In this document: positions 26,255-35,720 of the stretch, piece after piece
Position numbering within the stretch: position 1 is the stretch's first letter
How the letters are laid out: each line of letters opens with the position of its first letter
Assembly (NCBI GenBank): GCA_041499395.1
Contig: JBGQKH010000002.1
Location: forward strand, 1 to 53,349
From: Candidatus Limnocylindria bacterium
Lineage (GTDB): Bacteria > Chloroflexota > Limnocylindria > QHBO01
Direction: 5' to 3'
Length of the DNA stretch: 53,349 nucleotides
Position numbers and translations under genes: made by a program
Notes under the pieces: model-generated
Databases searched by the model: none
What the model was told of the DNA's origin: nothing
What the model saw: the letters and a program-made list of their open reading frames with translations, nothing else

Positions 26255-27490
26255 ATGCCAGAAGCGCTGACCGAATCCTATTGCGAGCGGTGCGGCACTC
26301 GATACGAGTTCGCTGCTCCCGCAAAGATGACGCCCACGCGCCGCGCGCGCGGCCTGATGGCGGGCTTCAAGAACTACGTGATGAGCCAGGAGTCGCTCTC
26401 CGACTCGCTGGCCGACGCCGCGCGCCAGCAGGAGGAGGAGCTCGCGTCCAAGCAGCTGGACGCCTTCCACTCCTCGTTCAACTTCTGCATCGACTGCCGG
26501 CAGTACACCTGCGTCAACTGCTGGAACGATGCCGCTGGCCGCTGCCAGAGCTGCCAGCCGTTGCCGGCCGCGTTGCCGCTCGCCGATCGGTTCGCCGCGA
26601 CGCTCGGCGACGTCGAGCCCGACTACGCCATGCAGTTCCCGCTCGATCAGGCCGCCTGGCCGTCGCTCGACCTGCAGGAGCCCCGCCCCGAACCGAAGTG
26701 GCCTGAGCTCGCCCCTGCGCCTCCGATGGCCGAGGTCGAACCCGAACCGATCTGGGTGCCCGAGCCGGAGCCTGTCCTCGTCGAGGCCGAAACCGAGCCG
26801 ATTGCGGAGGCCGAGCCGGAGCCGGCGCCCGTGCTGGTCGAGGCACAGGCCGAGCCGGAGCCGGTGGTGGAACCGGTGCTTGTCGAAGCGCAGGCTGCGC
26901 CCGAGCCCGTGGTCGTACCCGAGCCGATCTGGGTGCCCGAGCCGCAGCCGGAGCCCGTGCTGGCCGAGGCACAGGCCGAGCCGGAGCCGGTCGCGGCGCC
27001 AGAGCCGGAACCGGTGCTGGTCGAGGCGGACGCCGAGCCAGAGCCCGAGGCACTTCCCGAGCCCACGCAGCTGCCGTATCGCCCGCTGCGCCCGATCTCG
27101 GACACCTTCCTGCACTTCCCGAACGCGGCGGGGAAGGACGAAGTGCCCGCAGCGGCGGCGGCTGCTGCCGCCGCGGACCGGGAGACGCTGGCCGCGCGGC
27201 GTGCGCAGCTCGACCTCCTGGGCCTTGGCGACACGGGACAGGGACCCGTTGGACCGTCGAAGCGAGTGGTGCTCCCCTATCGGTCGAGTGGAGCCGCACC
27301 ACGCGGGGCCGACCTTCAGGGCACGCCGTCCGCGACCGCCGGTGGCGCGTTCTGGGATGCGTCAGCCCGGGAGGTCGCCGGCGCGATCAGCCAGATCGGC
27401 GTGCGGAGCTGCGGGCACTGCGAGCTGTCGCTCTCGGCATCGGCGCGCTTCTGCCGGCGCTGCGGAACGCCGCAGTCCCAGTCCGCCTAG
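26255..27490 (+). CDS. multi-zinc-ribbon protein with a central Glu/Pro-rich tandem-repeat region
   Basis: The 673-aa track ORF was trimmed to ATG 26255. N-terminus has CERC...[23 protein letters not shown] (8 Cys in CxxC pairs). The centre is EPEP/VLVEA repeats. The C-terminus has a second ribbon, CGHC...CRRCG. Divergent from fhaA. Confidence 0.7.
   Translation: MPEALTESYCERCGTRYEFAAPAKMTPTRRARGLMAGFKNYVMSQESLSDSLADAARQQEEELASKQLDAFHSSFNFCIDCRQYTCVNCWNDAAGRCQSCQPLPAALPLADRFAATLGDVEPDYAMQFPLDQAAWPSLDLQEPRPEPKWPELAPAPPMAEVEPEPIWVPEPEPVLVEAETEPIAEAEPEPAPVLVEAQAEPEPVVEPVLVEAQAAPEPVVVPEPIWVPEPQPEPVLAEAQAEPEPVAAPEPEPVLVEADAEPEPEALPEPTQLPYRPLRPISDTFLHFPNAAGKDEVPAAAAAAAAADRETLAARRAQLDLLGLGDTGQGPVGPSKRVVLPYRSSGAAPRGADLQGTPSATAGGAFWDASAREVAGAISQIGVRSCGHCELSLSASARFCRRCGTPQSQSA
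26741..27060. repeat. in-frame tandem duplication (~177-nt higher-order unit built from shorter GAGCCGGAGCC-type units)
   Basis: CCCGA(A/G)CCGATCTGGGTGCCCGAGCCG occurs at 26741 and 26918. GTGCTGG(T/C)CGAGGC(A/G)(C/G)A(G/C)GCCGAGCC(G/A)GAGCC occurs three times. Encodes the [10 protein letters not shown]...[11 protein letters not shown] repeats. Confidence 0.8.
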
Positions 27491-27852
27491 TCGCCCCCGC
27501 TCGATCCCTTCGCGGCGTCGCCCCCGCTCGATCCCTTCGCGGCGTCGCTCCCGCTCGACGACGATCCACTCTCCTTGGACGGGGCGGCCGCATCCGATGA
27601 CGTCGTGTTGCCGCCGGTCTCGGTCGATGCGGAGGTCGTGCTCTTGCTCCCTCCCCCGACGCTCCCCGACGACGACGAGCGCGAATCGGTCTTGTAGAAG
27701 CCGCTTCCCTTGAAGATGATCCCGGTCGGATGGACGAGGCGGCGCAGCTCGCCGCCGCAGCGCTCACACCTTGTCGGTCCATCCTCGAGCATCGAGTGGA
27801 CCACCTCGCTGATGACGCCGCAGCTGCGGCACTGGTAGTCGTACGCTGGCAC
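27487..27852 (-). CDS. FmdB-family putative regulatory zinc ribbon protein (CxxC-x-CxxC) with a Ser/Gly-rich tail
   Basis: GTG 27852 gives [12 protein letters not shown]...[14 protein letters not shown]...GSGFY, the canonical FmdB/TIGR02605-type N-terminus. The longer track ORF N-terminus was discarded. Confidence 0.85.
   Translation of the reverse strand: MPAYDYQCRSCGVISEVVHSMLEDGPTRCERCGGELRRLVHPTGIIFKGSGFYKTDSRSSSSGSVGGGSKSTTSASTETGGNTTSSDAAAPSKESGSSSSGSDAAKGSSGGDAAKGSSGGD
27490..27565. repeat. 27-nt tandem repeat (2 perfect copies + 1 degenerate) in the fmdB-like 3' end
   Basis: GTCGCCCCCGCTCGATCCCTTCGCGGC at 27490-27516 and 27517-27543, followed by a diverged copy. Encodes (DAAKGSSGG)n. 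Confidence 0.85.
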
Positions 27853-27904
27853 TGCACGCGCTCCGCGGGGCGGCGGAGTCTCCCTGGACCGGTCGGAACG
27901 AGAA

Positions 27905-27928
27905 CGCGCGGACCGGTCGGTCCGCGCG
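27905..27928. terminator. perfect 10-bp inverted repeat (CGCGCGGACC-ggtc-GGTCCGCGCG) between the ATPase gene stop and the fmdB-like start
   Basis: Seen directly in the sequence. No U-tract follows, so it could be a terminator-like hairpin or an operator. GACCGGTCGG also occurs as a direct repeat at 27887-27896 and 27911-27920. Confidence 0.4.
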
Positions 27929-27977
27929 GGCATGATGGCAGGGGCGCTTCGGTGGCGCAACGCAGCCGAGGCGAGGG

Positions 27978-29192
27978 TCAGACGCTCGAGAGGCGCGCCG
28001 CGAGGGTGGCCCACCAGGGCCGTGTCTTGTCGGCGGGCGCCGCGCTCGGCTCCCGCGTCAGCAGGCGTGCGACGCCGTGCAAGTCGGCGCTCATCCGGTC
28101 GCCGGGGAACTTCGTGATCATGGGCATCCCCTCGTTGGCGGCGGCGACCGCCTTGGGCCCGTTGGACACGATCATGGCGCTCACCGGCTTGCCGAGCGTA
28201 TCGGCGATGTCGTTCATGCTCACGCCGTGGTTGGCGCGGTTGACGATCACCTTTACCACGTCGCCCAGGCCGACCTCGCGCGCGACCTCAAGGAATTGGG
28301 CGGCGTTGCGGAGCGGCCCGACCTCCGGCGTCACCACGAGGAAGATCTCGCCGGAGCAGGCGAGCATGGCCATGGTGCGGTCGTCGTAGCTGGGGTGGTT
28401 GTCGATGACAACGTACGAGTAGTGGGCTCGCGCCCAGCGGACTGCGGCCAGCAGCAGGTCGACCTTGATCCGCTCCGATTCGCCGGGGTCGTTGCCCCAG
28501 GTGAGCACGTTCACGCCGCTCGCCTTGTGCACGCAGACGGCCTGCTCAAAGGCGGCGTCGGTCCACTCGTCCGGCGTCGAGTCGGCGAGGTCCGCCAGGC
28601 CCATCCGATAAGGCACGTCAAGGATGCTCGTGACGTTGCCGACGCCGACGTCGGCATCCAGCAGCAGGACGGAGGCGCGGGTCTGCTCCCGAAGCGCGAC
28701 CGACAGGTTGACGGCGATGGTCGTCTTTCCCACCCCACCCTTCGGGGCGAAGATGCTCACCACGTGCCCCTCGCCGATGGTCGCGGACTCTGCGTTGGGC
28801 GACTCATCCCAGTTGCCGGAATCGACGCGAGCGCCACGGTTGTACCGGATCTGGAGCGCCTGGAGCCGATACACGAGCGCGTCGGCGGGCAGGGGCTTCA
28901 GCGCGTATTCGTCCCTCGTCGCCTGCGTGTTGCTGCCGATCGCCCAGGCAGGAGGCTCGTATTCGAAGACCAGGATCGTCGGCACCGCGGTTGCGCCGTG
29001 GAGCTCGGCGTACACCGTGGAGGCCTCCGGGATGTCGCAATCGAGCACCGCGAGATCCACGCCAGGGCCTGTCGCAATGAGGCCGGCGACGTCAGACGAG
29101 TCGGTCAGGACCTCGAAGCCGGCGACGTGCAGGGCATCGACATAGGGAGTCGTGTAGCCCTGCATCGCGAGCAGGACGGTCGGTCGCTCCAA
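27978..29192 (-). CDS. MinD/ParA-type (CpaE/TadZ/Ssd-like) ATPase with a degenerate N-terminal receiver-like domain
   Basis: Walker A FAPKGGVGKTTIAVNLSVAL and LLLDADVGVGN. The N-terminal ~120 aa have the receiver fold pattern (VLLAMQG...LAVLDCDIP...KPL) but lack the usual acidic pair. TTG start. Paralogue of 6018..7163. Confidence 0.82.
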   Translation of the reverse strand: MERPTVLLAMQGYTTPYVDALHVAGFEVLTDSSDVAGLIATGPGVDLAVLDCDIPEASTVYAELHGATAVPTILVFEYEPPAWAIGSNTQATRDEYALKPLPADALVYRLQALQIRYNRGARVDSGNWDESPNAESATIGEGHVVSIFAPKGGVGKTTIAVNLSVALREQTRASVLLLDADVGVGNVTSILDVPYRMGLADLADSTPDEWTDAAFEQAVCVHKASGVNVLTWGNDPGESERIKVDLLLAAVRWARAHYSYVVIDNHPSYDDRTMAMLACSGEIFLVVTPEVGPLRNAAQFLEVAREVGLGDVVKVIVNRANHGVSMNDIADTLGKPVSAMIVSNGPKAVAAANEGMPMITKFPGDRMSADLHGVARLLTREPSAAPADKTRPWWATLAARLSSV

Positions 29193-29308
29193 GGGTCTTC
29201 CTTCCGTGGTGGTGCGGTGACGTGTGCACCACTATCGGTCCCTCCGGGGGCGAGCGGCAATGGGACCCGAGCGTAGGCGAAGGCCGCCAAAAGTACCGGA
29301 CCGACCGT

Positions 29309-30028
29309 TCAGGTGCCGCGCATCCTCATGCCACACTTGGGGCAGTAGAAGGCGCCGGTCCCGGACTCGAAGCCGCAGTGCTGGCAGACGGCTCCGCCAC
29401 GCTCGCTGATCGAGGTTGCGCGCGCCGAGGCGGCAGCGCCGAGGCTGTGGCCAGTGGCACGCACCTGCTGGTAGAGCGCGCTCAGGAGGCGGTTCCCGTG
29501 GCGCTCCGTGTCGCCGCGCTGGCCCCGGCCGCCCCAGCCGACCACCGCCCGCACGATGAGGTCGCCGGAGAGCTCGTCCCAGTGGCTCGCCAGGCCGCCG
29601 ATGATGGCGTTGTAGTCCGGGTACCCCGACGTATCGGTCTCGCCGTGGAGGAGGGCGCAGGCGAGGTTGTCGACGGTCATGTCGACGGCGTCGGTCGACT
29701 CGAGGACGTAGAGCGCGTGGTGAGCGATGGGACTGGCCGTCGATCGCACGGTGATCCATTGCTGAAGCTCTGGCAGCCGCTCGATGTTCGGCGCTGCGTT
29801 GGCGAGATCGTTGCTGACCGGCTCGAGCACCTCGACCGGGGAGATGGCGAGCGGCTCGACGACGCTCGGCAGCATCGACTGCATCCGGGGATCGGCAGGC
29901 ATGCGAAGCCCATCGCTGCTCCTGGCAAGGAAGGCGAGCTTCAGGCTGAACTGCTGGGCGCTGACCTCCTCCTGGACGGGAGTCGGCGGGGGCGGCGGCT
30001 CATCCTTCTTGCGCCTCAGGAATGACAT
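29309..30028 (-). CDS. hypothetical protein with a C-terminal zinc ribbon (CQHCG...CPKCG)
   Basis: Protein-like composition, Pro-rich N-terminus, C-terminal CxxC-x12-CxxC. Leaderless-type start (TAGAAT, then 7 nt, then ATG). No family recognised. Confidence 0.6.
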   Translation of the reverse strand: MSFLRRKKDEPPPPPTPVQEEVSAQQFSLKLAFLARSSDGLRMPADPRMQSMLPSVVEPLAISPVEVLEPVSNDLANAAPNIERLPELQQWITVRSTASPIAHHALYVLESTDAVDMTVDNLACALLHGETDTSGYPDYNAIIGGLASHWDELSGDLIVRAVVGWGGRGQRGDTERHGNRLLSALYQQVRATGHSLGAAASARATSISERGGAVCQHCGFESGTGAFYCPKCGMRMRGT

Positions 30029-30035
30029 GCGACCG

Positions 30036-30041
30036 ATTCTA
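30036..30041 (-). promoter_or_regulatory. -10 box TAGAAT, 7 nt upstream of ATG 30028 (leaderless type)
   Basis: The minus strand reads TAGAAT-cggtcgc-ATG. Confidence 0.35.
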
Positions 30042-30094
30042 GCAGCGCCCTCGCCCGGCCCCGCGCTGAGCAGAGGGGCATTGAACGGCCCATG

Positions 30095-32770
30095 TCAGCC
30101 ACCGGTGAGAAGCCGCAGCTCGGACTCAAGCTCCGCCAGGCGCGCACGCTCGCGCTCCACGACCTCGGCCGGGGCCCGAGTGGCGAACTCGCCGGCAACC
30201 AGCGTTCGGAGGCGATCGATCCCGCGTCGCAGGTGCTCCTCCGCGGCGCCGCGCCGCTCGTCGGCGTGCGCCGCCGTCCTTCCCACCTCCCCCAGCCACC
30301 CGATGGCCACCGGGGTCGAGAGCACGCTCTCCGGACGCGCCGCGTCGTCGCCCGCCGGGCGAAGTTCCAGCGGGCGCACGCGGGCAAGCGCGCCGACAAG
30401 GTCGAGGCCGTGCTCGATGGTTGCGCGCGCCGTGGCGTCGGTCGGCACGATCGTGAGGGGGAGCCACGTGCTCGCTGGCACGCCGGCCTCGGTACGGAGG
30501 TTGCGGACCCCGCGAACGAGCGCGACCAGGACGCTCACGTCCGCCTCGGCCGCCTCGTCCCGCGTGCGGCCCGTCGGCCACGCGGCGCTCATCAGCAGTG
30601 GCTCGCCATGCGTCGACGAGGGATCGATCGCATGCAGCCTGCCCCAGATCTCCTCCGTGACGAACGGCATCAGCGGGTGCAGGATCCGCAACAGCTCCCC
30701 CAGCGCCCCCGCCACGCCGCGCCAGATCCGCGCCCGCTTCCCGGGCGAGGCGTCGTCGCGCCGCAGCTCGACCTTGGCCATCTCCAGGAACCAGTCGCAG
30801 TAGTCGCTCCATGCGAGCTCGTAGGCGGTCGAGACGTAGGCGGCCAGCTCGAGGCCGTCGAGCTGGGCCGTGGCGCGCGCGACCGCCTCAGCGAGACGGC
30901 TTCGGATCCAGCGCTCGGGGAGCGACGGCTCGCCCTCCGGTTCGGCGAGCGGGTCGGGGCGTGACCCGAGCACGAACCGGGCCGCGTTCCAGAGCTTGTT
31001 GGTGAAGTTGCGGCCGCCCGCCACCTTCGCATCGGTCAGTCGCTGGTCGACCCCGGGACTATTGCCCGAGACGAGCGCGAAGCGCAGCGCATCCGCGCCG
31101 ACCTCGTCGATCATCTCGAGGGGATCGACGACGTTGCCCTTCGTCTTGCTCATCTTGCGCCCATAGGGGTCGCGCACCAGGCCGTGGAGGTAGACCGTGT
31201 GGAACGGCTCCACGTCCATGCAGAAGAGGCCCAGCATCATCATTCGGGCGACCCAGAAGAAGAGGATCTCGTACGCGGTCTCCATGACAGAGGTCGGGTA
31301 GAAGCGGCCCAGGTCGGCGGTCTCGTCCGGCCAGCCCAGCGTGGAGAAGGGCCACAGCCCGCTCGAGAACCAAGTGTCGAAGATGTCGGTCTCCTGCCGC
31401 AGCTCCGACGCCGATCGGCCGCAGGTCGCGCAGGCCTCCGGCCCGGCCTCATGGTCGCTCACCGTGATGTGCCCATCGGGGCAGTACCAGGCCGGGATGC
31501 GGTGTCCCCACCACAGCTGGCGCCCGACCGCCCAGTCGTGGATGTTCTCCATCCAGTGCGCATAGACCTTCGTGAAATGATCGGGGAGGATCTGCGTCCT
31601 CCCCTCCCGCACCGATGCCAGCGCGCGGTCGGCGAGCGGCTTGACGCGCACGAACCACTGGACGGAGAGACGGGGCTCGACCACGGTCCCGCAGCGGTCG
31701 CAGCGGCCGATCACCATCTGGTGAGGACGCTCCGACTCCAGGTCGCCCATCGCGGCCAGTGCCGCCACGACGGCTGCCCGCGCGTCGTAGCGATCCATCC
31801 CGGCGAACTCGCCGGCGCCCTCGGTGAGGCGGGCGTCCTCGTCCAGGATCGAGATCATCGGCAGCGCATGCTGCTGGGCGACGGCGTAGTCGTCGAAGTC
31901 GTGGGCCGGCGTGATCTTCACCGCGCCGGTGCCGAAGCCCGGCTCGACCCCCTCGTCGCTGATGATCGGGACGCGGCGCCCGATGAACGGCAGGATTGCC
32001 TCGCGCCCGACCAGCGGGCGGTAGCGTTCGTCGTCAGGGTGCACCGCCACCGCGGTGTCTCCGAAGATCGTCTCAGGGCGGGTGGTCGCGACGCTGACCC
32101 ACTGCGCGGGATCCGGGGCGCCATCGGCTCCGGCCAGGTGGTAGCGAATCGTCCAGAGGCTGCCGGTCTCCTCGCTGTGGATGTTCTCGAGGTCGCTGAT
32201 CGTGGTGCGGCAGCGCGGGCACCAGTTGACGAGCGCCTCGCCGCGGTAGGCGAGCCCGGCGTCCCAGAGCTTCTTGAAGGCGACCCGCACCGCACGGGCG
32301 CTCCCGTCGTCCATGGTGAATCGCAGGCGGCTCCAATCCAGGGACGCGCCGAGACGACGGTGCTGCCGGCCGATCATGTCGCGCGTCTCGTCCATGAACT
32401 GCCACATGCGCTCGAGGTATCGCTCGCGGCCGAGCGACTGGCGCGACTCGCCCTCCTCGGCCAGGATCCGGTCCAGGACGAACTGCGCCGCGATGCTGGC
32501 GTGATCGACGCCGGGCAGCCAGAGCGTGTCGTCGCCGCGCATCCGGTGGTAGCGGACCATGATGTCCTCGACGTACGCGGTGAGCGCGTGGCCGAGGTGA
32601 AGCGCGCCGGTCACGTTCGGCGGCGGCTGGATGATGACGAAGCGCCTGGCGCCGGGGCGTGGCTCGGCTGCAGGCGCGAAGGCGCCGCTCGCCACCCAGC
32701 GCTCGTAGATCCCCGGCTCGACGTCGGCCGCGGCGTAGCGGGGCGCCAGCTCGCTTCGCTCCACGCTCAT
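30095..32770 (-). CDS. valS: valine--tRNA ligase
   Basis: PPNVTGALHLGHAL (HIGH), KMSKTKGNVV (KMSKS), class Ia editing/CP1 region, C-terminal coiled coil. Start set at ATG 32770, preceded by AAGGGAGG. The track ORF's N-terminal 37 aa are leader sequence. Confidence 0.95.
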   Translation of the reverse strand: MSVERSELAPRYAAADVEPGIYERWVASGAFAPAAEPRPGARRFVIIQPPPNVTGALHLGHALTAYVEDIMVRYHRMRGDDTLWLPGVDHASIAAQFVLDRILAEEGESRQSLGRERYLERMWQFMDETRDMIGRQHRRLGASLDWSRLRFTMDDGSARAVRVAFKKLWDAGLAYRGEALVNWCPRCRTTISDLENIHSEETGSLWTIRYHLAGADGAPDPAQWVSVATTRPETIFGDTAVAVHPDDERYRPLVGREAILPFIGRRVPIISDEGVEPGFGTGAVKITPAHDFDDYAVAQQHALPMISILDEDARLTEGAGEFAGMDRYDARAAVVAALAAMGDLESERPHQMVIGRCDRCGTVVEPRLSVQWFVRVKPLADRALASVREGRTQILPDHFTKVYAHWMENIHDWAVGRQLWWGHRIPAWYCPDGHITVSDHEAGPEACATCGRSASELRQETDIFDTWFSSGLWPFSTLGWPDETADLGRFYPTSVMETAYEILFFWVARMMMLGLFCMDVEPFHTVYLHGLVRDPYGRKMSKTKGNVVDPLEMIDEVGADALRFALVSGNSPGVDQRLTDAKVAGGRNFTNKLWNAARFVLGSRPDPLAEPEGEPSLPERWIRSRLAEAVARATAQLDGLELAAYVSTAYELAWSDYCDWFLEMAKVELRRDDASPGKRARIWRGVAGALGELLRILHPLMPFVTEEIWGRLHAIDPSSTHGEPLLMSAAWPTGRTRDEAAEADVSVLVALVRGVRNLRTEAGVPASTWLPLTIVPTDATARATIEHGLDLVGALARVRPLELRPAGDDAARPESVLSTPVAIGWLGEVGRTAAHADERRGAAEEHLRRGIDRLRTLVAGEFATRAPAEVVERERARLAELESELRLLTGG

Positions 32771-33012
32771 CGGTTGGCCTCCCTTTTCGCCACGCAACAA
32801 CACGACCCGCTCGTCGAAGGACGAACGGGTCGTGGTACCACCTTCGTTCGGCGACATCGGCCCGGCCGATGCTGCCCTCATTGCCGCGCTATCGGGCGGA
32901 CCCGGACGGCTCGCGTGCGACCTTCTCCCTCTCGTGCCGGGGCGGGCTTGCAGCCTGCGACCCGCCGTCTCTCGCGGTCGGTGGAGGGGTACTCCTCACG
33001 GTCGGCGCCGTG
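32771..33012 (-). promoter_or_regulatory. T-box leader (tRNA-Val sensing) upstream of valS
   Basis: Minus strand contains the T-box core GAAGGUGGUACCACGACCC at about 32826-32846. A 14-bp hairpin ACGACCCGUUCGUC/GACGAGCGGGUCGU follows at about 32802-32833, then GUUGUUG. An AGAGA box lies early in the leader. The candidate specifier loop GAGAAG-GUC-G carries a Val codon followed by a purine. Confidence 0.7.
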
Positions 33013-33018
33013 GGCGGG

Positions 33019-33047
33019 AGTCTAGCACCCGCCATGCGCCACGTCAG
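33019..33047 (-). promoter_or_regulatory. promoter CTGACG-17 nt-TAGACT for the valS T-box leader
   Basis: TAGACT at 33019-33024 and CTGACG at 33042-33047 (minus strand), with a 17-nt spacer. The -35 overlaps the stop codon of the upstream gene. Confidence 0.45.
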
Positions 33048-34216
33048 CCGGCCTTGGTGACCTTGCCGACCTTGACCTTGAGCGTGCCATTGTCGCGCTC
33101 GATCTCCACGCCCTCGCCCTCGATGGCGCGGATGGCGCGGGTCAGGTCGAAGGCGGGCGCGTGCGTGGCGGTGTAGATGAACTCGCCGCTGGGGCCAAGG
33201 CCCAGGGTCACGCTGCGGATCCCGTCGACCTTCTCGAGCGACTGCTTGAAGGAGGTGATGGCGCCGAAGCTGCCCAGCCCGTGGACCTGGATCGCCGTCG
33301 CCTGGTCGGCGACCGGCTCCGGAGCGACCGGCTCGGCGGGGACGACGTCGGAGGCGGCGGTATCGGTCGCGGAGGCAACCCCGTTGCCCGCGGGCGCCCC
33401 GTTGGTCGGGGCAGCGACCGGGTTGACCGGCTCGGCCATCACCGGCTCAGCCGCTATCGGCTCGGCCTTCACGGCCTCAGCAGCCGCGGGCTTGGCCTCG
33501 ATCGGCGCGACGGGGGCTTCCACTGCGGGCGCCACAGGGAGAGCCGCAACCGGGGCGGCGTCCGGGATGGCAGCCGTCGCGGGCTGCGCGACCGGGGCCA
33601 CGGGCTCGGCGGACGTGGGCTCGGCAGCGGGCGCAACCGGTGCCGGCGCAACCACCGCTGGCGCAACCGCTGCTGGCGCTGCAGGGGCAGGCGCAGCAGG
33701 GGCAGGCGCAGCCGGCCGGGACGCGGCCGTCGGCTCGGGCGCCTTGGCGGACCATGGCGAGGGCATCCGTCGCGCGGCGGCGGCGAAGGCGGCAGGATCC
33801 TGGATCCCCTCCAGCCCTTCGATGAAGTCGGAGACCTCGCGCTCGTAGGCATCGGCCCGTGCGGCGAGTGCGGCGTGCTCGGCCGTGTTTGCGGCGGCAA
33901 GCTGGGCGAGCTCCTGGTCGAGCTGTCCACCGCGGGCCTGAACCTTGCGAAGCGCGTCGGCGCGGATCCGCTCGATCTCGGCGCGCTCCCACGAGCCGAC
34001 GCCCGTGATCTCCGATTCGGCGTGCTCACGCAGCGCGGTCTCGCGGGCGGCGCGCGACATGTCGAGCTGTCCGGCCTCGGTCTCGACCGCCTCGCGCATC
34101 TCGGCGAGCGTCCGGTCGCGGGTCGCCTCGACGACCCGGCGCATGGCATCCACCAGGCTGTGGAGGAACTCGCTCGGCGCCTGGTCGTGGGTCGGATCGG
34201 GAGGATTCGCACTCAT
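33044..34216 (-). CDS. hypothetical protein: N-terminal coiled coil, long Ala/Pro-rich linker, small C-terminal globular domain
   Basis: The N-terminal ~150 aa are rich in E/R/A heptad-like sequence. The centre is (APAAP/VAPA)n. The C-terminal ~85 aa are VHGLGSFGAITSFKQSLEKVDGIRSVTL...VEIERDNGTLKVKVGKV. No family recognised. Confidence 0.65.
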   Translation of the reverse strand: MSANPPDPTHDQAPSEFLHSLVDAMRRVVEATRDRTLAEMREAVETEAGQLDMSRAARETALREHAESEITGVGSWERAEIERIRADALRKVQARGGQLDQELAQLAAANTAEHAALAARADAYEREVSDFIEGLEGIQDPAAFAAAARRMPSPWSAKAPEPTAASRPAAPAPAAPAPAAPAAVAPAVVAPAPVAPAAEPTSAEPVAPVAQPATAAIPDAAPVAALPVAPAVEAPVAPIEAKPAAAEAVKAEPIAAEPVMAEPVNPVAAPTNGAPAGNGVASATDTAASDVVPAEPVAPEPVADQATAIQVHGLGSFGAITSFKQSLEKVDGIRSVTLGLGPSGEFIYTATHAPAFDLTRAIRAIEGEGVEIERDNGTLKVKVGKVTKAG

Positions 34217-34352
34217 CGCGTTGGTGGTCCTTGCGGTGGCGTTTGGGTGGTTTGGCTCGGGGTCATGCTAGCGCGGGGATGGTGCGCCAACGCCCCGACC
34301 GAAAGTACCTTTACGACCGGGCCACTGGTACCGGGCAATGGTCCCCGAAGGG

Positions 34353-35651
<1,299 letters not shown>

Positions 35652-35720
35652 CGGTCCGAGGATAGCACGCGACTGACAGCCCTCCGGCTATAGACCGATG
35701 GTCCGGGATAGCATCTTCCG

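Noticed and set aside
26741-27565. Tandem repeats as a possible CRISPR array
   Set aside because: The units are contiguous with no unique spacers, lie in frame inside coding regions, and encode low-complexity peptides. No cas genes are present in the window.
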